This document shows, one piece after another, positions 22,349 through 25,096 of a stretch of 25,096 nucleotides of DNA. The number at the start of each line of letters is the position of its first letter. Position 1 is the stretch's first letter. The notes under the pieces were generated by a model. It ran no database searches and was not told where the DNA came from. It saw nothing but the letters and a program-made list of their open reading frames with translations. The position numbers and the translations under genes are program-made. This DNA comes from an uncultured Candidatus Peribacteria bacterium (lineage in GTDB: Bacteria > Patescibacteriota > Gracilibacteria > UBA1369 > LOWO2-01-FULL-3). The stretch covers positions 1 through 25,096 of the forward strand of contig CAYNUR010000002.1 of the NCBI GenBank assembly GCA_964400435.1, written 5' to 3'.

Positions 22349-24709
22349 ATGTTCAAAAACCAAAAACGAAAAATCTGGAAAAAATTATTATTCGCAACAG
22401 GAATATTTCTTTTGATATTCACTTTTGCACCAGATTCCTTCACTACAAGTTTTGATTCAATTACTGCGTTTGCGAATGGGGGTAATGTTCAAACCGCAGT
22501 TTCACAAACTGACAATTCCCAACTAACAAGGTTCTCTACTGCACTTCTAGGTATTTCAAATGCAGTAAACAAGCTAATCTGGCCGATCCTTATTATGATC
22601 GGAGGTTTATTGGACAACAGTATCCTTTTTGGTGCTGGTATGGAAGATAGAATGCGAGAAATTTGGATTCCGATTAGAAACATTATGAATATCCTATTCG
22701 TTGTCGCACTTGTTGGGATTGCACTCTATAACGTTTTAGGAATCGGAGAAGAAAATGGAGAATATTCCATCAAAGCAATTCTCCCAAAAATAGTAATCGG
22801 TATTATTGCCGTCAATTTTTCATTTGTAGGTGTAAAGCTAGTTTTAGATACAGTAAATGTTCTAACAACATCAGTTTTCTCCCTCCCAGATCAGGTTGGT
22901 GAAGAAATGGCCAGAATTACAGTCGCCACTGATGACAAAACCATTGATAGATTTTGTAAAGTCCTCCAGGGAGCACCCATCGATCAAGTAGTAACTGACG
23001 AAGAATTAATAGCAAGAACACAGCAAAAGTCCTGTAAAATTGCTGCAGATAATATCGGAATTTCAACAGTAGGAAGCTGTACTGAAATTGAGCAAGCAGC
23101 AGCTGATGCTGGACGAAGTTCAGGATATCAAGAGGCGCTAAATAGGCTGCAACAAGGAGAAATCTGTCAGGGAGGAGAATTAACAGAGACCGGAAGAGTA
23201 TTTCTCCAAAGGTTTAGCTCTAGAAACGTAGCTGTAGCAATGGCGCTTAGTTTAGGTAAAATTCTCTATTATCAAGATGTAGATTTCAATATTCAAAATA
23301 TTGAAGATCTCTTCATTAGTACAGTCTTCTCAGCACTTATGTATATTGCCTATCTGGCATCATTCTTAGCTTTATTCATAATTTTATTGGCAAGGCTCGT
23401 CGTTATGTGGCTGGCCATAGTCCTTTCACCGATAATCATGCTAGCAATGGCTGTGCCCGCATTGGAAAGCAAATTACCAGGTTTTGATAAGATTAAAGAA
23501 GAATTTGTAAAGAACGCAGTTGTACCATTAGCAGTTTCCATCCCCTTAACTGTTGGTTGGATCATGTTGAAATCAATGCAAAGTGTGAATAATCTAAGCC
23601 CTGATTCGCTATTTATTGATCGTCGAGTCTTCGAAGGAGCCAGTAACGGTATTCCTGTTGTCGGCCTAAATACTCTCCAAGACTTAGTTGTAGCAATTGG
23701 AACCCTCGCAGTTATTTGGTTGGGAGTATTTGCTGCCGCCGAAGCCAGTGTTGCTCGTGATATTACAAACAGCATTAAAGGTGGACTTGAAGGACTTGGA
23801 AAGTTCGTTGCTGGAATCCCATTCAAGCACATTAAAGCTGTTCCAATTATCAACCCACAAACTGGTGAAAAAATGGGAGATTACTCTGCAGCACAAGTTA
23901 CTCAGGCTTTAAAGAACTTAAATTCAACTGGTGATGTAAACAAACTTTGGGACGATATCCGTGGAGGAAAATCAGCTACAACTCAAGATATTATTGCTGC
24001 AAATACTGATGCAGATCTAGTATCTACGCTTAAAGATCCAGTTATTCTTAACAATTTAAACAACCAAGACAATCATAGAAACCTCAAACTCAAACTTGAA
24101 ACTCCTGAAGGTCAAGAAATACTCACAAAGATCTCGACAAAAGATCCAAATCTTGCAGCACAGTTAAAAAGATACGCAGATGCACCACCAGACAAACTTG
24201 CCGAAGAAGCTGAAAAACTGAAGAAAGCACTTGAAAGAACTCAGCCACCAGAATACCAAAGAAAAACATCTACATTAGACACAGCGCCATCAGTACAAGA
24301 TCAAAGTAAAGATGTCGTCAGCCCAGACAAACCAATCGAATACAAAGATGTTAGCGGCAACAAGCAAGTGATTAACGCAAACGCTCAACAAGCAACAACC
24401 TTAAACGCAAACTTCTCAGCCCTAAAAGAAAAAGCCGCAGAAGGAAATGGAGCAGAAGTCATTACTCAATTAGCAAATCTCAATGCTTCACTCGGCACTA
24501 TGGGTGTAGAATTTGATAACGTACAAGACTTCACTAACTTTATGGAATCAACAATAGGACAACCAGAATTCGAAAAAATAACAAAAACATTGAGCTCATT
24601 ACCTGATACCGATTTCCCTGAAATATTAAGTGATACATCAAAAGGAGATGGAGCTGCACGAGCTTTTGTTAAAGCAACTGGAAAAACTGTCGGACAACAA
24701 ACACAATAG
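22349..24709 (+). CDS. Polytopic membrane protein, VirB6/TrbL-like family as seen in Patescibacteria
   Basis: Signal-peptide-like N-terminus ending AFA; W..IRNIMNILFVVALVGIALYNVLG...YSIKAILPKIVIGIIAVNFS and LLARLVVMWLAIVLSPI motifs; four-Cys soluble insert; long helical C-terminal tail. Family call from recalled pattern. Confidence 0.6.
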   Translation: MFKNQKRKIWKKLLFATGIFLLIFTFAPDSFTTSFDSITAFANGGNVQTAVSQTDNSQLTRFSTALLGISNAVNKLIWPILIMIGGLLDNSILFGAGMEDRMREIWIPIRNIMNILFVVALVGIALYNVLGIGEENGEYSIKAILPKIVIGIIAVNFSFVGVKLVLDTVNVLTTSVFSLPDQVGEEMARITVATDDKTIDRFCKVLQGAPIDQVVTDEELIARTQQKSCKIAADNIGISTVGSCTEIEQAAADAGRSSGYQEALNRLQQGEICQGGELTETGRVFLQRFSSRNVAVAMALSLGKILYYQDVDFNIQNIEDLFISTVFSALMYIAYLASFLALFIILLARLVVMWLAIVLSPIIMLAMAVPALESKLPGFDKIKEEFVKNAVVPLAVSIPLTVGWIMLKSMQSVNNLSPDSLFIDRRVFEGASNGIPVVGLNTLQDLVVAIGTLAVIWLGVFAAAEASVARDITNSIKGGLEGLGKFVAGIPFKHIKAVPIINPQTGEKMGDYSAAQVTQALKNLNSTGDVNKLWDDIRGGKSATTQDIIAANTDADLVSTLKDPVILNNLNNQDNHRNLKLKLETPEGQEILTKISTKDPNLAAQLKRYADAPPDKLAEEAEKLKKALERTQPPEYQRKTSTLDTAPSVQDQSKDVVSPDKPIEYKDVSGNKQVINANAQQATTLNANFSALKEKAAEGNGAEVITQLANLNASLGTMGVEFDNVQDFTNFMESTIGQPEFEKITKTLSSLPDTDFPEILSDTSKGDGAARAFVKATGKTVGQQTQ

Positions 24710-24773
24710 AATCTCCTTGCATTTTCCGTTCAAAACATAATAAAATTACCCGTTAACTCTTAACACATTCCAA

Positions 24774-25096
24774 ATGTCTTCAATCGAACAAGACAATCAG
24801 GAAAAAAACAACAAAAAAGAAACCGAAAAAGGGTCAAAATCTGACAAACCCGTAAAAGATAAAGTAAAAGAAGTACTGGAAGAAACTCCAGAAAAAGAAG
24901 AAAGCTCTGTTCGTGAATTAAATGCTCACGAAAAGAACTTAGCTAAACAAATAAAAAAACATCCAAACGGAGAAAAAGTAATTGAATCCCGCAAAAAAGG
25001 GAAAATAAGCGGTCCAGTTTTCGAAGAGCTCTCTGATTTGCTTAAAAATCCAAAAACAGCTCAATCAGACAGTCCGTATCAGGATCTAATAAAAGC
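24774..25096 (+). CDS. Hypothetical charged protein, 3' end truncated (absent from ORF track)
   Basis: ATG at 24774, frame open to the window end: MSSIEQDNQEKNNKKETEKGSKSDKPVKDKVKEVLEE... Confidence 0.7.
   Translation, partial: MSSIEQDNQEKNNKKETEKGSKSDKPVKDKVKEVLEETPEKEESSVRELNAHEKNLAKQIKKHPNGEKVIESRKKGKISGPVFEELSDLLKNPKTAQSDSPYQDLIK

Noticed and set aside
583-23912. Other short antisense or alternative-frame ORFs (583, 5703, 6214, 7898, 11750, 15280, 15780, 16552, 18676, 19739, 20549, 20694, 21169, 22011, 22489, 23350, 23684, 23697)
   Set aside because: All lie inside or across well-supported genes and show no recognisable motifs

Overview
AT-rich bacterial chromosomal window in the standard genetic code. 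No tRNA, rRNA, CRISPR array, transposase or reverse transcriptase is visible. Gene content and style (A-rich, mostly Shine-Dalgarno-less starts; TM+SLH surface proteins; VirB6-like membrane protein; tailed S6) suggest a Patescibacteria/CPR genome, possibly Peregrinibacteria-like (inference). Left block (1-6941): purN (5' truncated), an archaeal-type GlmU-like nucleotidyltransferase, a protein with two complete CDP-alcohol phosphotransferase domains, two archaeal-type PurP ATP-grasp paralogues flanking an HD hydrolase, and uppP. Middle (7126-14415): two tandem paralogous acidic surface proteins with an N-terminal TM, variable middle, Cys-bounded Ca-binding-like repeats and three C-terminal SLH domains. 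Their last ~825 bp are almost identical while the immediately upstream codons are synonymously saturated. Then come a bidirectional terminator, purH with a structured leader, yidD, a LysM-M23 peptidase (possible ATA start), rpsF-ssb-rpsR, and a tightly packed operon of unknown membrane/coiled-coil proteins including a VirB6/TrbL-like protein that runs off the right edge. All alignments, counts and RNA folds were done by eye and need computational confirmation.
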